Shown here piece after piece: positions 42,001 through 57,000 of a DNA stretch of 64,000 nt. The position numbers and the translations under genes are program-made. The notes under the pieces were generated by a model. That model did not search any database, was not told the origin of the DNA, and saw nothing but the letters and a program-made list of their open reading frames with translations. Positions within the stretch are counted from its first letter, which is position 1. Each line of letters begins with the position of its first letter. Origin of the DNA: Candidatus Omnitrophota bacterium. GTDB taxonomy: Bacteria > Omnitrophota > Gorgyraeia > Zapsychrales > Fredricksoniimonadaceae. The DNA is taken from positions 1,432-65,431 of the forward strand of contig CAIVRE010000008.1 in assembly GCA_903908245.1 (NCBI GenBank), written 5' to 3'.

Positions 42001-45000
42001 CGCGAGGATCTTCCGGCCAAGGTCATTCGCTTCGGCAGCGGTCAATGCCGCGGCGTCAGCATCATTCTTGTCCGTATCATCAGACCGGGCCCAGGAAGGA
42101 AGATGCGGAGCGGTATCCGGATTGCCAGACAGGAAATTATAGAAGGCCTTCCACGAAGCCACCATGCTGCCCGCCATGACCAGCCCGGGATGTTTGCCCA
42201 CTGCCTCAGCGTCCCTGCTGGCAGGCTGAACGATCTCCACCGTTTTCTTTTCATCGGGACGAAGAGCCGCCAGCGACTTGAACAATAAGACGGAAGGCGC
42301 CTTGATAATATAATCGACAGCCTTCTTCACCGGCGAAGGAACGACCGGCACGGTAGCATTGGCCGGCGTAACGCGGGTGGACCACTCGGGGACATTGTAT
42401 TTCTTGAGCTTTTGCGCATCGATCGCGGCCGGAGCAGCTTTGACACTGCCGGTGTCTTCAAAGAAATTCTTACCCTGAGAGCCATCATTCAAAGGAACCT
42501 CGGCAACAACAGGCGCGGCTACCGGCGCAACGGCACCAACAACGGCTTTATGCTGCAGAGCGGCAGACTCGGCCTTGGCAACAGCTTTGGCATCATTCCA
42601 GGGATTCTGGGCGTTATAAGCCTCGGCCGTAACTTCGGGCCTGCCGCCTTCACGCAGATTCTTAAGGTTACGGATCTTGGCAAGAAGGGCCAGTTTCGCA
42701 TCGGTGCTAAGGGTACCGTTAAGCGTGCCGTCATGGAGCTCCTGACGCATTCTGTCAAGCGCCTTGACCTGGCCAACATGCGCTTCCACCTTCTTGGGTT
42801 CGGCGCGTTTAAAGTTCTTCGAATAGAGATCGTCGTAATTCGCATTGGTGGTCTTGATCCAGATCTCGCCCTTCTGGTCAATGTAAACCTTGAGCTGACG
42901 GCCTTCCCACATTCCAAGCCAGGCCTGGAACTTGGCCGTACGGGCCTCGATCGCCGCGGCATTACCGGCATTGGCCTTAATGAACACCCGGACTTCGACC
43001 AGCTGGCTATAGAGCGCATCATTAAGCTCGACCATCTTGAGCACGCGGCCAGAAGCGGCAAGTTCACCATTAACTCCGGCCCAGGCATCCGCAACCTCTT
43101 TCGGCCATTTGCCCGTGCCGAACTTGAAGTTGAGCGTATCCTCAATACCCTTGCGCTGAAGTTCAGCTTTATTCTTGCTATGCTTAAAGGCCTGGATCGC
43201 CTTAACGGCCACAGCCGAGGTAAGCTCGACAGGCTTGATCATCGCCTTCACATCCTGCGGGACAGCTTCAACAAAGATATTGCTTAAGAACCATGTCCAG
43301 AACCCGTCCGGGTTCCCCTTGTACTTCGTATTCAGCGCCCAATCGACCCAAGTGGTCTGACTCGCGTCCTGTTGAGAGCTGGATGAAACCTTGAAGCAGG
43401 AACCGACCTTCTCGGATGGATCGGCCTTATCGGCCTTACGGTCAAGCGCCGGTAAATTCAACTGCTCTATTCTAAATTTATTGATCTTCCAGTCAGGGAA
43501 CCTGGCAAGATGCGCAAGGACCTCAGGATCGGCCGTACCGCCATTAATAGCGCTGACCAGCGATGGCATCGAATAATGCTGCAAAAGAAGTTCAGGTACC
43601 GAGTACACCGGCGCCGGGCCCGGCACAGGACGGTTGATCTCCGGCTTGACGAACGGTGTTGCCCCCTCAATGACCGCGGCACGATCGGCTTCATTGGAAG
43701 GCGTCAATTCCGCTTTATCTTTCTCAACCTTGGCGGCCTGGATACCGGCAAGGCGCATCAGAATACGATTGAAACGCTCAATAACACGCTTGACCAGGTC
43801 ATCGGACGCAATAATATTGCTCTTAGATCCCAGGCGATCTCTTACCGCATCCGATTTAATAAGCGCTGCAACCAAAGGCTTTAATTCATCCGCCCCCTTG
43901 CCTTTAAACATTTCAAGATTGCGATCGATCATCTCCTGGGTAATGATCTTAACGTCTTTCTGATCAAATTCCGGAGCATCTTCGTCGTTGAGCGCCGCTA
44001 AAGTTTGCGGCGCAACAGGCGGCGTGATCACAGGTACCGCAGGAGCCTGAGCGACCACCGAAGTAACCGCCGGAATAACTGATGCCATGGGCTGATTAAC
44101 AACAGGTGTTGGTGTTGTCGTAACTGTAATAGATGAAGTAGATGTTGTGGGCAGAGCAACAGGAGCGGGTGCAGTGCTAGCTGGGCCAACCGGCGCCACT
44201 TGGTTAATATTAGATGTAGATGTTTTTCCTTGTACGATATCAAGCACATCTTGAACCTTCTTCGCAATGTCTGGAGGAGGACCAGCGCCAGCCAGTATCG
44301 GAGCGGAGGCCTTACTCTTCATTGCATCCTTATTATCTTTCACTTCAAGCCCCTGCCCCTGCGGAACAGTACCAGGAAGCTCCTGCTCAGCCGGAACCCC
44401 GAAATTCTTAAGCACACCCGATTGCATATTCTTCACTGTTGAATCGATCTGAGTTGCAATAAAATCGGTAAACGACTGCTCCTGCCCGCTCAAAGCTTTA
44501 ATATCGCCATCCTTGCCCAATGTGACTGAGCGCTTCGCAGCAACAGATGTATATGTGATCGTACCATCCGCATTATCTTTTCTTGTAAAAGCCTCATCCG
44601 CAAAAATTGCCGCCACATGACGATACAACGTAGCGCTATCAGCAACTTTTAACCTCTGCAAGTCAGTCGGCGTCAACGGATCGCTAAAAACAAGCTCCTG
44701 CCCGGGCTGAGTCGCCTTCTTGAGCAACGTCACACGTTCACCAACATACGGCTTGGCGAGGCCAAGGATCATCTGAACCACCGGTTTGTCACTCCACAGA
44801 TCGCCTTTCATGCGATCCTCAGACAAAGACGTCAACAGACTCGCCAAAGGAATGGACATCTCCAGTTGGCCGATCGTACCTGCCAGCATTGTCTTGAGAT
44901 TTTCCGTATATTTACCATCTGCCTGCTGCGGCATCATCAAAACCACCTGCGGATTCTCCTTCTCGCCCATCGGGAGGGTCACGGTAACCTGAACAGGACT

Positions 45001-48000
45001 TTTGCTGTCTGTCGCCGTCCCAATTTTTACAAGTGATCCGCTCTTATCAGAAACAAGCGCATCGTAAACTAACTTCAAGGCCGTCATATCCATACGGCCG
45101 ATATAAAGCGAACGATGCGCAACCTGATAACTGGCATCTCTTAAAGCCGTTTCGCGACCCGCGCCCATCCGGGAAGCACTTTCCAATTTGCCATCAAAAG
45201 AACCTGAATCGCCCACCAATTCACGCATATGAGCAAGCACCTCTTCAACCGCATTCTCAAGGAAATAAATACCGGTGAACATACTGCCTAACTTTTGACC
45301 GGGATCCTGCACACGGACCTGAGTATCAAACAATAATGAGCGTCCCTTGGTCAAACGGGTCAAACTATGGACATCCAATTCATGCGGGAGAACACCCGCC
45401 TCGAGGAACGTATGGGCGTACACTTCATTAAGGAAGACCTCAACACCCAAACGGATCGATGTATCATCTGCCAACGCCGCACTTGCCTTCTTGGTCAATT
45501 CCGGATCAATAATGATCTTTTTATGATTCTTGTGCTCATTCAACCGTTCAATGAACTGATAGCGTTTAAACTTCTGCACATCCGCCAGGGAAACATTCTC
45601 GCCGCCCTTGTTAGAAGCTTCAATTTTCGCTCTTAATCCGGCGTAATCAGCTTTTTCCTGATCATTCAAATCAACGATGCTTTCAACATCCAAAGAACCA
45701 TCTTTAAACTTGATACCACGATCCTTACCCAACAAATTCTCTCCGGCCGCGCGTATCATTGTTGTCAACTTCTCCCGGGCGGCTTCAAGCGGCATTTCCT
45801 GATCCATCTTGCCTTTTAAATTTTTATAAACTTTCTCAAGCATCCCCTCATCAGCACCACGAAGAGCCCCGAACCCGGCATTAATTTCCTGCTTGCGCCC
45901 AAGCAATTCTTTCTGCGCTGCCGATAACTCGGCAAGTTTCTCCCCTGCGGCCTTCCCGACCTTCTCCATATCCTGCATATCACTTGCTTCCAAAGAAAGG
46001 GTCGTCCGCAGCCAATCCAATTTCTTTTGATTTTCTTTAATGATCGCTTCAGCCGACTGCCCCGCTGCAATAAGTTTCGCCACTTTCTTCGTACTATCCA
46101 ATGAATCACTAATATCCTTTGCCATCTTTTCATACTGCGCCATCACCTGTTGATACGGATCGATCTTCCCAATAGCTGCCTTAAAAGCATCAAAATTAAT
46201 AAAGGCCTTCCGCTCTTCATTCTTAACAGAGAAGATCATGCCACGAGTATCAGAATCAAACCATCCAGTCATCTTTAACGCATTCCAGATCGAACGATCA
46301 AAATCTTTAGAAAACTCCTGCATCTGCAGAACGCCATCACGGCTTATCATCTGGGCCAAACGATTGACCTCATACATTTCCGAAGATACCAACGCCGGGC
46401 GGGTCTCTCCCGGAATATACATCAAATGACCAACAAGGCTGTTATCCACAAGATTACGAACGGCACCATCTTTGATATCGATCTTGTGTACCATTGGGTC
46501 AAACTTGAACGCGCCGGAAGCATTTTCAACGATCTTATGATACTCAAGGCCACTGCTTGTACTTAAGGTAGCAAAAGCCGCAGTATTATTTCCAGCGGAC
46601 GGATTAAAAAGAACATTATTCTGCACATTCCACACCATCCCGCGCGGAATGATCAAGCCGCCACCGAGCTGAATGTTCCCATTAAGGGCTTCATAATAAA
46701 CTGGCTCAAAATCCTGGATCTTGTAAACCGTTTTTCCGTCTTGATCCTGTTCAACAATATACCGCGGCGCATAACCGACACGGCGGGAATTCTGCCCCTC
46801 GGTCCTCGCCACGATCGGGCGCTGATCCAAAGCATTATTGATCGTCTTGCCCGTCCGCTCCAAATAAGCAGACAAAATCTCGTTCCTGGAGGCCTTTTCC
46901 ATCGTAGCCAAAGAACCTTCCACACGAGCACGCTGCACTCCTGAAGATACCTGGGCAACCGACACAACAGACTGCGTTAAAGCTTCCTGGGAATGCTGTG
47001 CAGCAATAGAACTGAATTCAGTCACAACTTGCTCAAAAGCCGTTTTGTACGCATCAGAACTCTTATAATCCCCACCCTTTGCTCTGATCGCATCTAATTG
47101 ACTGACCGCATCCTTCAGCATGGTTCTTTGCCCAGTGGTCAAATTAACATCCAATGCGCTAGCCACAAAGAAGTCCATTGTCCCAGGTGTACGCTCATCA
47201 ATAACTTGCGGCACCAATCCAATACGGGTCGGCTGTTGAACAATACCCGTACTATCAAGGACCGCTGTCCCAATAATATGCGCCAAACCGCGGACTTCCA
47301 CCGAGACGCCTTCAACAAAATCTCCCAGAAGAATGCGATGCGTCAAATTCACACGATCCGTCTCCCCATCCCTTTCTGCCTCTAAATAATTCGTTAACCC
47401 TGTTGAAACTTCCTCACCCTTCTCTGTCGTAAAATCCTTAACCCTCTCTTTACCAGATGCCAGCAATGTATCAAAGTTCCATTTAGTCCGGATCTCGTCA
47501 AATGCCACGCGAACTTTTCCGCCATCTTTTGCATTATAAATCTTATCCCAAAGAACATCTCTTTGTGCGCCTTTCTCCATCCATGCATCACGAATTTTCT
47601 TATCCCCAACCAATTTTACAACTTCATTCTTGATCGCATTCTGCAGCAACTCAGGATTCGTCTGAAGTAACTTATATACAGCATCACGGAATAAAGAATC
47701 ATGGCTGGAAACAAGGATCGTATTGGCACGTGCGTAAACCGGCTCAGTATTCAAAGGATCAAGAACCTTTGTTACCACATCATCACTAAACCACCTCTCC
47801 AAATATGTGATCGTATCTGCCTTTACTTTCTGTTCTAATTGTTCGCCGGATAATGATCCCTCAGCCTTGGCATTATTCCTATCTCTAACCCCCTGTTGAA
47901 ACTCATTGGCAATAGTTTTCACATCCCATTGACGCGCAATACCATACGCGATACGACCCACAATGTCCTGCGCCGCGCCGGAACGATCCTTGGCTGAACT

Positions 48001-51000
48001 GATAAAAAAGTTCGTTTTATCTTTATTAATCGAAATGTGCTTGGCAAATTCAACCGGATCAGAGAACCGGGCGATCTTAAAGCCCGACGCATGTAAAGTA
48101 TTATTAATATCCTTGGCTGTACCGGTCATACCAAGAACCTGGTCAAAGAAGTCAATGGCATTGGCTGCGCTCATTCGATCAGAAACGCTCCCCATGGCCT
48201 GCTGAAGAATAGAAGCCTCTTTATCAACCTTTATGCGCTGCGCATCCGGCATTTCCCACATCAAATGAGACAAGGCCATCAACGCACGCGCATTTAATCC
48301 CGTAGGATCACTAAAAATATTATTATCCATATATTTATCGCGCGACTTATCTTTGACCGCGTACTTTACAATTCCGGTGGCCTCATCAAAACTGACCCTA
48401 TATCGTTCACCGATCGTGCCGATCTGATCCAAAGACCAAGCCGCCTCATTAAGCAACTCCCGCAACTGAGATCTTGATAATGCACTCTCTACCCCGTCGA
48501 TCTTTGAAACTTTTTTCCATAATGCTTCAAATGCCTCTGGGGTAAACTGTTTTCGATCAGAAACCTCAGAACCGCCCGCTGTCTTATATGTTTCGATCTG
48601 ATCTTTAAGTTTTGAAGCGATGTCCTTTTCTCCAGGCTTGATCTCAAAATGGCTAGTAACAACTTCCCAAACCTTCCCTGCGATCTCGCCTCTCTGACTA
48701 TAACGCTCCAGCATGCCGGGCATCAAAGCAGACATGATCTCTTTATTGCTGCTTCCCTGGTCGGTAACACGCTCAGGAGCTAAATAAACCCGGTGGAACT
48801 CATCCATCACCGCGGTCACGCCCTCAAAATAATTTGCCGCCGACCCGTTCCTCGACGCATGAACCGCATAATCCTGCACATCAAGAAGTTTAAGGACCCT
48901 GACCTCCCCATCCTTGAATGCCTCAACCTCAACCTTATCACCAGACCGGGTTGCTTCGCGAAACAACCCGCCAAACTTCTTATTCATTGCACCCATTACC
49001 TCATGACTATCAACATTGGCCCAAGCCTTATAAAGGTCATCACTGGTAGCGACCAGGGCTACTTTCTTTCCCGTAGCGGCCAACACCCCGGCCATGGCCA
49101 CAGCAATAGTCGATTTACCACCACCAACGAACTGGTCCCACATCATACGACCGCTCTTACCGAATGCCGTCTGAAAGAATCCATAAATAGCCGCCGCTTG
49201 TTCTTCACGAATATCGAATCTCTTCCCATTAGAGGTCCTCACATCTTTAAGAATACCCAAAACCATCTTTGTCGCGACTTCCGCACGTTCATTAATATCT
49301 TTAATATCATTGAGTTTTTTTATGTCTGCACGCGTTCTCGGAATAGTCAACACTTCAGCGATCGTTGAACTCTGATCAGCAATTGAGTCTTTATTAATTT
49401 TTAACAACCTGTTCAGATCCTGCGCGATCTTCCTCCCTGAAGAGAAAATATCGCTCGAAAACGTCTTAATATCGCTTTCAAGATCTTTATCTGAACCAGG
49501 ATTCTTCCGCCCCTGTTCTGCCTTTACTGCCGCCGTCCTACGACTCGACTCAAAATCCGCCCCATAGAACGGCAATTTCCCGCCTAAGGCATTGCTTTCA
49601 CGTAAAGCGCGTGTCCAGGGAGATGAGCCCATCCCGGGATCATTACGAAGAGCTTTAGCACTATCAGATATGGCTGTTGGTTTAGAAGAGGATTTATCAA
49701 TGGAAACTTCGGCGGGAGAACCTTTCCCAGTCGGAGGTGCTTGAGGCTTAAGAGCTGTCTCAAGCTTGAGCATTGCCTGACGAACATTATTGAATTGCGC
49801 ATCAGAGCCAAGGGAACCAGCCAATTCACGCAATCCCCCAACCAGGTCTGTTGCAGGAGCACTTAAGCCCTTCTTGCCGTTGATCATTTCCGTTGCCTTC
49901 GCTAAAAATTCCCCAAGGCCGGAACGAATACCAATATCATCCCCATTCAATTTTCCCTGCTCTATAGAAACAGCCTCACGCATGGCATCAAACGCTTGCG
50001 CAAATGTCGCACGATCACCTAAAGATTCATACGCCCGAAGCTCCAAAAGCTTCGCTTCCAGCATATTGACAAGCTTTGGCTGATCCTTGCTTTCGCCTTG
50101 CTTATTATTCTGAACTTTCAGGATAGTCTGAACCTGTTCTGCTGCCTTACCAAAATCCCCGCTTCTCTGCAAGGCCTGAACATAGTCCATGCGTAATCCG
50201 ATATCACTAAAACCATTAATACCTTTATTGCCCTTATCACTTAGATCATTGCGGTTTTCCTTCGCGGCTAACGCATCCAATTTAACCGCCTTCTCAAGCA
50301 GCTTAACCGCTTTATTGATCTTCCCGCCTTCAAGCGCCTCGACCCCCTGCTGCCGCACCTGCGCCGCTTCCAACATAGTACGCAACGTCTTAATATCCGT
50401 CTTTAAATTCTCCAGGCTTTCCGCACCATTATCCGCATCTTTCACCCTGGACGATTCTTTAGCAAGAAAAGATTCCAATGACTTGATAACAGAAGCTACC
50501 TCTGCGAAATCTGCGGAAGCGTCCAGCCTCTCGGTTCCCCGCTCACTGATCCGGGTAAGCCTGACAGCCGCGATATTCTTTAAAAGATCCGAATTATTCG
50601 GATTCATTACCTTCGCCAATTCCAAAAGATCAACAGCCCTGGTCGTCTGCTGCGACTGCGCCGAAGCCCGTGCATTCTCTAATAAATGATTGTACCCATT
50701 CTCTCCAAGAACAAGTTCTCTCATGGATGCCAGAACAAAACGAGTCTCCTTCGGTGCGCGATCGTATAAATTATCCACAATATCAAGCATGGATCTCGCA
50801 TGCCCCACTTGAGCTTTTACCGACTCAGCGAATTTATCCATGTCGAAAGACACCGTGCCCTTATCATCAGCCTTATACTCCGTTGCCAGAACAGTCTTGG
50901 ATGCTATATCATTAACCCATGCCTTCCGTGCCTGCGCTACTTCTGCTGCAATAGTCTTCCTGGCACCAACCGAAACGCCTCCCTGCTGATCTAATAAATG

Positions 51001-54000
51001 CTCTATGATCGCATTCTCTAATTTTTCAACTGTCTGATGCTCTCTTTTCAATGCATTAAGTGTATCCTGATCAATCAATTTACGCGTAACAAACTCACCA
51101 TACGCCCCCTCAAGCCCATCGCTGATAATTTTTCTAATAGGCGATTCCGCCCCCGCATCCTTACCACCTACTGTTGTAGTCAAATTATCCACAAGAAGAG
51201 AACCATTGTTCTTTAAATGCGAGGTAACTTCACTGATAGTGCTATCGAGCAATTCATGATATCTTGTCCACTCCCCATGATCCGCCGGCTGAACCCTTTC
51301 AGCACTACTAAACTGCTCAATAAGTTTATTGAACTTCTCGGCATCGATCGTTCTCAAAGGACGAACCTTGTCATAAAAACTCAACGTGTCCCTCGCCCGA
51401 TCAACCATCCGCTCCAAGCGTCCGGCACTTCCCTCTGAAGCTGTTAAAGTATCCGCAACCGCCTTACGAAGTTTCTCCGCAACCTGCGCAGCAGCACCCC
51501 CCTTAAACTCCAGGGCATAATCGTTAAGGTCCCGCGTAAGCCTGTCCAGATCGCTTCCTCGAGAAGCAGACTTTAACTGTGCCTTGGCGATATCCGCCCG
51601 CCCGATCTCCTGCAAACGCCCTTGAGCCAAGGCGCTATTGTTTGATGATTGTGCCACTTCCTGATGAAGCGCTTCAACTTCAGCATCAGTTCCGGATTTT
51701 TTGGAATCCCGAACCAATTCTCTCACATTCTGACTGCGCTCTTTACTGCCCTTGATAGCAGTTTCTAAGAATCTTGCTAATTCCGCTTTCTTTTGCTCAA
51801 GTCTTTTCTGGAACATCCCGACCTTGCTGAATTTTGTTAAGGCTGCGATCTCTTGCTCAAGTTTCTTAACCTGAGCACGTTCAACCGCTGCATTAACAGC
51901 ATGATCTACAAGAAGCTTGAATTTGCCGATCTCCATCTCCACCTTTTCCCGCCGCTGTTTTAACGCAGTTGAATCGCCCATCCCATTTTCGATCTTCCAG
52001 TCAATGAGAGAAAGCTCTGTTTCAAGCGACCGGCTCCGCGCATTAGTCCTATCAGCGATCGCTAACGCCTTTTCCGTTGTCCCAGCTTTCCTGGACATTA
52101 CATTAACCAATGTGTTCCCAAGAATAAAAGCATCCCGCAGAAGTTGCGTCCGCAGTTGAGCCGCTTTCGACATCTTGTCGATCCTCACATCGAGGGTCTG
52201 CGGCGTAGCCGTAGTGCTGGCCTGTGGGGCGATCGCAACATCGCCAACCGCCTTCGCAGAATTCAACCCATCATTCAAAGCTTTATTACGAACTTCCAAA
52301 GCCGTGCGTTCCTGTAATAATTGATTCCTTTGCTCCGAAGTAACATCCGGCTTAATAAGCGCCGCATCAATGGCCACTGTTCTGGCATTATTGACAGCCA
52401 TGGTTCTCCGCGCGAAATCCTCAACACGTTTGGCCACGTTCTCTTGCAACCGGGGAGCAGACCCATCATTGGCTTCAACCGCGCTCTGAAGTTTTTGTTC
52501 TGCCCGAGCTAATCCTTCCGCCCGAACCTGAAGAGCCGCCTGGTCATGGATAAATTGAGCCTGATCAAGTGCTCCCTTGGCTTCCTGGGCCGCTGGAGAC
52601 TCCTTATCTGTTATAGATTCATAAACAGTCTTCGCTTCCGTAAGGTCACGACGAGCCATCCTGTACGCCTCAACCGGAGAGGTGGCATTATGATACGATT
52701 TCACAGCCAGCATGGGTGCATACGCCCAAACCGTTTCCTCAAGCCCAGAAGAAATAATCGTCCGGTCCTTAGGATTAAACCCTTTACCATCGATCAAATT
52801 GGACAACGACGCAAGAGACCACTTTCCAGCCTCAAGTCTTTTCTTATCTTCCTCGCTTTTTATTAGAGATTTATCTTTATACTCACCAAACATGTAATTA
52901 ACCGCCTCCTTCGTTCCCGTAACAACCAGCGGCATATAAAACATATCTCTATACGCGGCACTAGCAATAGAACCTTCAGCAAAAGGCTGTTGAATATAGC
53001 CGAAGCCCTTCTGTACGCTGCTCATCAATCCATTGCCCGGCTTCGGAGTCCCCTGTAACTGAAGGACCGCGAACAACGGAGACATCCATGCGCCCTGCCG
53101 CGGGGACATAATGGTCTCTTCTCCGAGTAAAGCCTGATGTAAATTGTCCTGGGTAAACAACGACCGCCCGTTATCAGCCATGAAAAGCGGAATATCTTTC
53201 CAGCTACGATACCCATACTTCTTAAAAGCACGCGAATCCTCTCCATCAATCGCCACTTCAATCTGCGCCGATGCGCCTTTCCAGAAAGCACCGCCACCGC
53301 CCATCATAATATTGACACCCGGCCAGCGCACTGCACCGCTGGAGGTCATATCAATAAGCCCTTTCTCGGCACCAGGGTTGGAATAGAACCCCTTAAGTGT
53401 ATTCATGTTTGTCATCCCGAGACCTTTCAAGATCCGCAAAGACAACATCGCAGCGCCAGCACCTGCAATAGCATCTGTTACCCCACGCCCCACAGTATAA
53501 TTCTTACGATCATTGTAATATTCATACCCGACCTTTAACCCCGCGCCTGCCAATCCAGTCGCGGTATATTTGACCCAAGTAGGCGTTTTGGAAAGAGCGC
53601 TCACAAAGCTGTTATTAAAAAGTCTGCTCCCCGAAGCATACGTGGCGGCAGCACCAGCTCCGACAAAAACCGTTCCCCATACTGCCCCGGTCTTAAGGCC
53701 TTCTTTATAATCTTGCGCCATCGCCGAATCAAAAGTATCTGTTTCCAATCTTCCTCTGGAAGCCGTTCCGGTCACAGCGTATGTTTGACCAAAAACAAGC
53801 GCCTCCGAACCGATCGACCTTGCCGTACGCTGAGCAATATTAATAGCCCTTCCCCATGTCATAGCGCCTCCTTCTAACGCACTAGCAGGCGCGATCGCTT
53901 TTGCTAACGGATATGAAGCAGCTATTCCAAGCAATTGCACATTTTGCTTCCAGGTCAATTCCCCTTTTCCATTCATTAACGATATCGCATTGGCACCACC

Positions 54001-57000
54001 GATCGAAAGAGAAGCACTCGCCGCATACTGCAGCCCAATCCTGGCAGCCGCTGTCTTGACACTACTGGCAGCACCGGAGAAAGGAACCGACAGCGCAGCA
54101 AGGGAGACAAACGCGCTTTCTTGCAAATCTAACCCGCGGCCTCTGGCCGCATAAGAAATAGCATTACCACCGATATTAAATGCCCCGATAGCTCCGACAC
54201 CACGAACCACGCCCACAGCCCATGGGTTGGCGGACATCGCTATTAACGACGTTCCTACGCCAGCTAAACGTGTTCCCTGCAAAGCATTCCCCGTGCCTGC
54301 CATAAATCTGGTTGCGAGCGAAAGATTACTGCTCCCCAGCCATCCACCCGCACGCGCCATCAATGCGCTCGAAACACCCGCCTGCAAAATATTACTAACA
54401 GAAAAATCGCCCGTTTTATTATATTTATAGATTTCTGCCGCTGTCGCAACCCCCGCGCCAAGCGCAGCGTACACCAAAACCCTTTTAGTGGCATACCTTG
54501 TCGCAATTGTCTCCGTAGCCTGAACAGCAACTCTAACCGCCACCCTAGCTGCAGTAGTCACCGATGCATGCAATGCCCCTTTAGCTGATTCAGCAGCAAG
54601 AACAGAAGTTCCCGCAGAAAAAAGAGCCGTACCCAATTCAACCGCCGTAATAACTCCATCTACCACATAAATAGCCCCCATCACTTTTGCACCGTTATTC
54701 ATCGCGTGCAACTGATCCGAGAATGCCCTGGCACTGGAATAATCATTGCGAACCAATTCATCCGCGATCCCTTTCATTTCATTACCATCAGCAAAATAAT
54801 GATTCATACGTCCGTCTTTATTCACATACCAGACCGCAATATCATTATCCCGAACTCCCATCCAAGCCTCACCCTTACTCTTCCATGCATTGATCTCTTC
54901 AGGCAATGCAGCCGTACCCGCCTTATTTGCGCCAAACACTGAATCCATCCAGTTCGACCCGGAACCACCGGACTTGCTGGATATTTTATCCATATCATTC
55001 AACCAGACCGTCTTCCCCTCACCCCACCTGTTCACAACATCCGTAGACCCTGAACCAAACATTGGATAAATATAGCGAGCCGCAAGTGAATTTCGTCCAC
55101 CGACCCAATACCCCTGATGATTTTCTATCTCGGAGGATCTTGTGATCGCAAAATCCCCTTCCGGCGTCTTAACGATCGTTGAATCTTGTAATATCCTGTC
55201 TGACTGCGCCGGATTAAGCAGCAGCTTCATGATCTTGATCGCCTCGGGAGAATATTGAGTGTCTAAAACTTTCTTGCCATCTTTCACAACCCATTGTTCT
55301 GAAACGATATCCGGCATATAAACAAATGCCTGCATCCCTATTCCACCTAACCCGCCTTGATTACGCGGAGTGATCAGCCCTTGGACCAAGCTGACCATCA
55401 AAACCTCGGAATCCCTTTCTTTCGAATACTCCGCATACGAACCAGAACCATATTTATTCCTGATCTCTGTCGGCTTGGACAGGTCATTTCCCAACGCTGA
55501 ACGCACCGCAAACTCCGTCATCTGCGAATTACCCATTCGAGGATCACGCAACAAATCGTTATAAAGAAGAAGGTTTTTATTAGAACCAACATCCATCGGC
55601 GGCATATTGGAAGGCAACGCCGGCAAAGAAGCAATCCTGTCGCCCCAAATAACAGAAGAATACGCATTATCAAAAGCCGTTGTCTGGGCGCCCACTGTAA
55701 CAGTCGTCAATTGCTGATTATCCAATTCAGACAAGAACCGGCCACCATTACGCATATCTCCGGTCTCAACATCCTGCAATAACAATCTGGATCCCGTACC
55801 ATATCCAGTTTCTACCACAACAGTACCGCGATCTTGTAAATGCCCCGCGATATTAGAGGTCACCTTTGTTGGTTTCCCATCAGTCCCAAGGACAGCAAGC
55901 TCAACATCTTTCATGGCTTGCCCATAAGGCGTTGTTGATGTCGCCGCATCACTTGTTTTCTTGGAAGACAGCAGATCTTTAAGCATCGCAGTGAACCGTG
56001 ATCCAGGCAGGTTCGCGAACAACGTTGCAGAAAAAGGAACCTCTACCAATCCTTCATTAACCACCAATCGCTCACCGACCACTTTTCCCGTCTTGCTATC
56101 GATTATCGCAACCCAACCCGGATCGCGAGAACCATACGATCGAGACCCTATCTCAAAACCTTGTCCTGAAGCCCCTAATTCTATTTTATAACTGCCATCG
56201 GCCTGAATATCCTTGGCAAGGCCTGAACGGAACTCCCCGCTAACCCGATACTGACCGGCAACACCAACAAAAGTTCCCCAGCCTTCTACATTCCTTGTTA
56301 ATTGTTTAAGACCATGTTCTGATAAAGTGCCATAAGCCGCAGGCAATCCCTGGGACAAATTAACATTAGCAAGCGTATCCGTATGCTGACTCGGCTGAAG
56401 AAGCACGGTCATAACTTTATAAATATTGGTATCCTTTACTAATGTACCTTCACCAAAAAAATCAACAAGTCCATCTTGTCTATACGTCCATCCGGCGAAA
56501 GCATCCTTAGCTCCTTCTTTCATATAAAGTTTTGAATCCTCGGAATACCACATCCCCGAACCAACTTTATCCCCTTTCCTAACGCCATCATATTTAAGGG
56601 CAAAGAAAGTGGATTGATCAAGGCCGACCGTGCTTAATGCCTCTTTCTCCTGCCTGCTCAATGAAAAATAATCAGTCCACGCTTTCTCTGCGATAGACAG
56701 CCTTTCACCAGACACCCCAGCGGTCTTAAGCTTGGCAATAAAATCCGCTTTGGTCTGCCGCGGCGCTTTATATTCGTAAGGAGCAGAACCAAAATCCGAT
56801 TTAACCGGAACACCCATATTCTGGTCTTTATTTTCCTGGCGCGCTTCATCGGCTAACAAAACAACCGATCCCTTCTTGTCCCCGGCGAACCGCAATCCAT
56901 CCGTCATGATCCACTTGCCATCACTATCAAGTCCACCTAAGTGAAATCCAAGACGGGTGACATAACTGCCTTTATCATCCAAGAGCCCTTTTTCTGATGC

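Noticed and set aside
43500-45000. GC drop near 44 kb as a genomic-island boundary, prophage edge or chimeric contig join
   Set aside because: The reading frame passes straight through (lines 44041-44400 checked codon by codon), and Pro/Thr-rich hinge sequence spans the transition. A mis-join cannot be fully excluded without reads, but frame preservation argues strongly against it.
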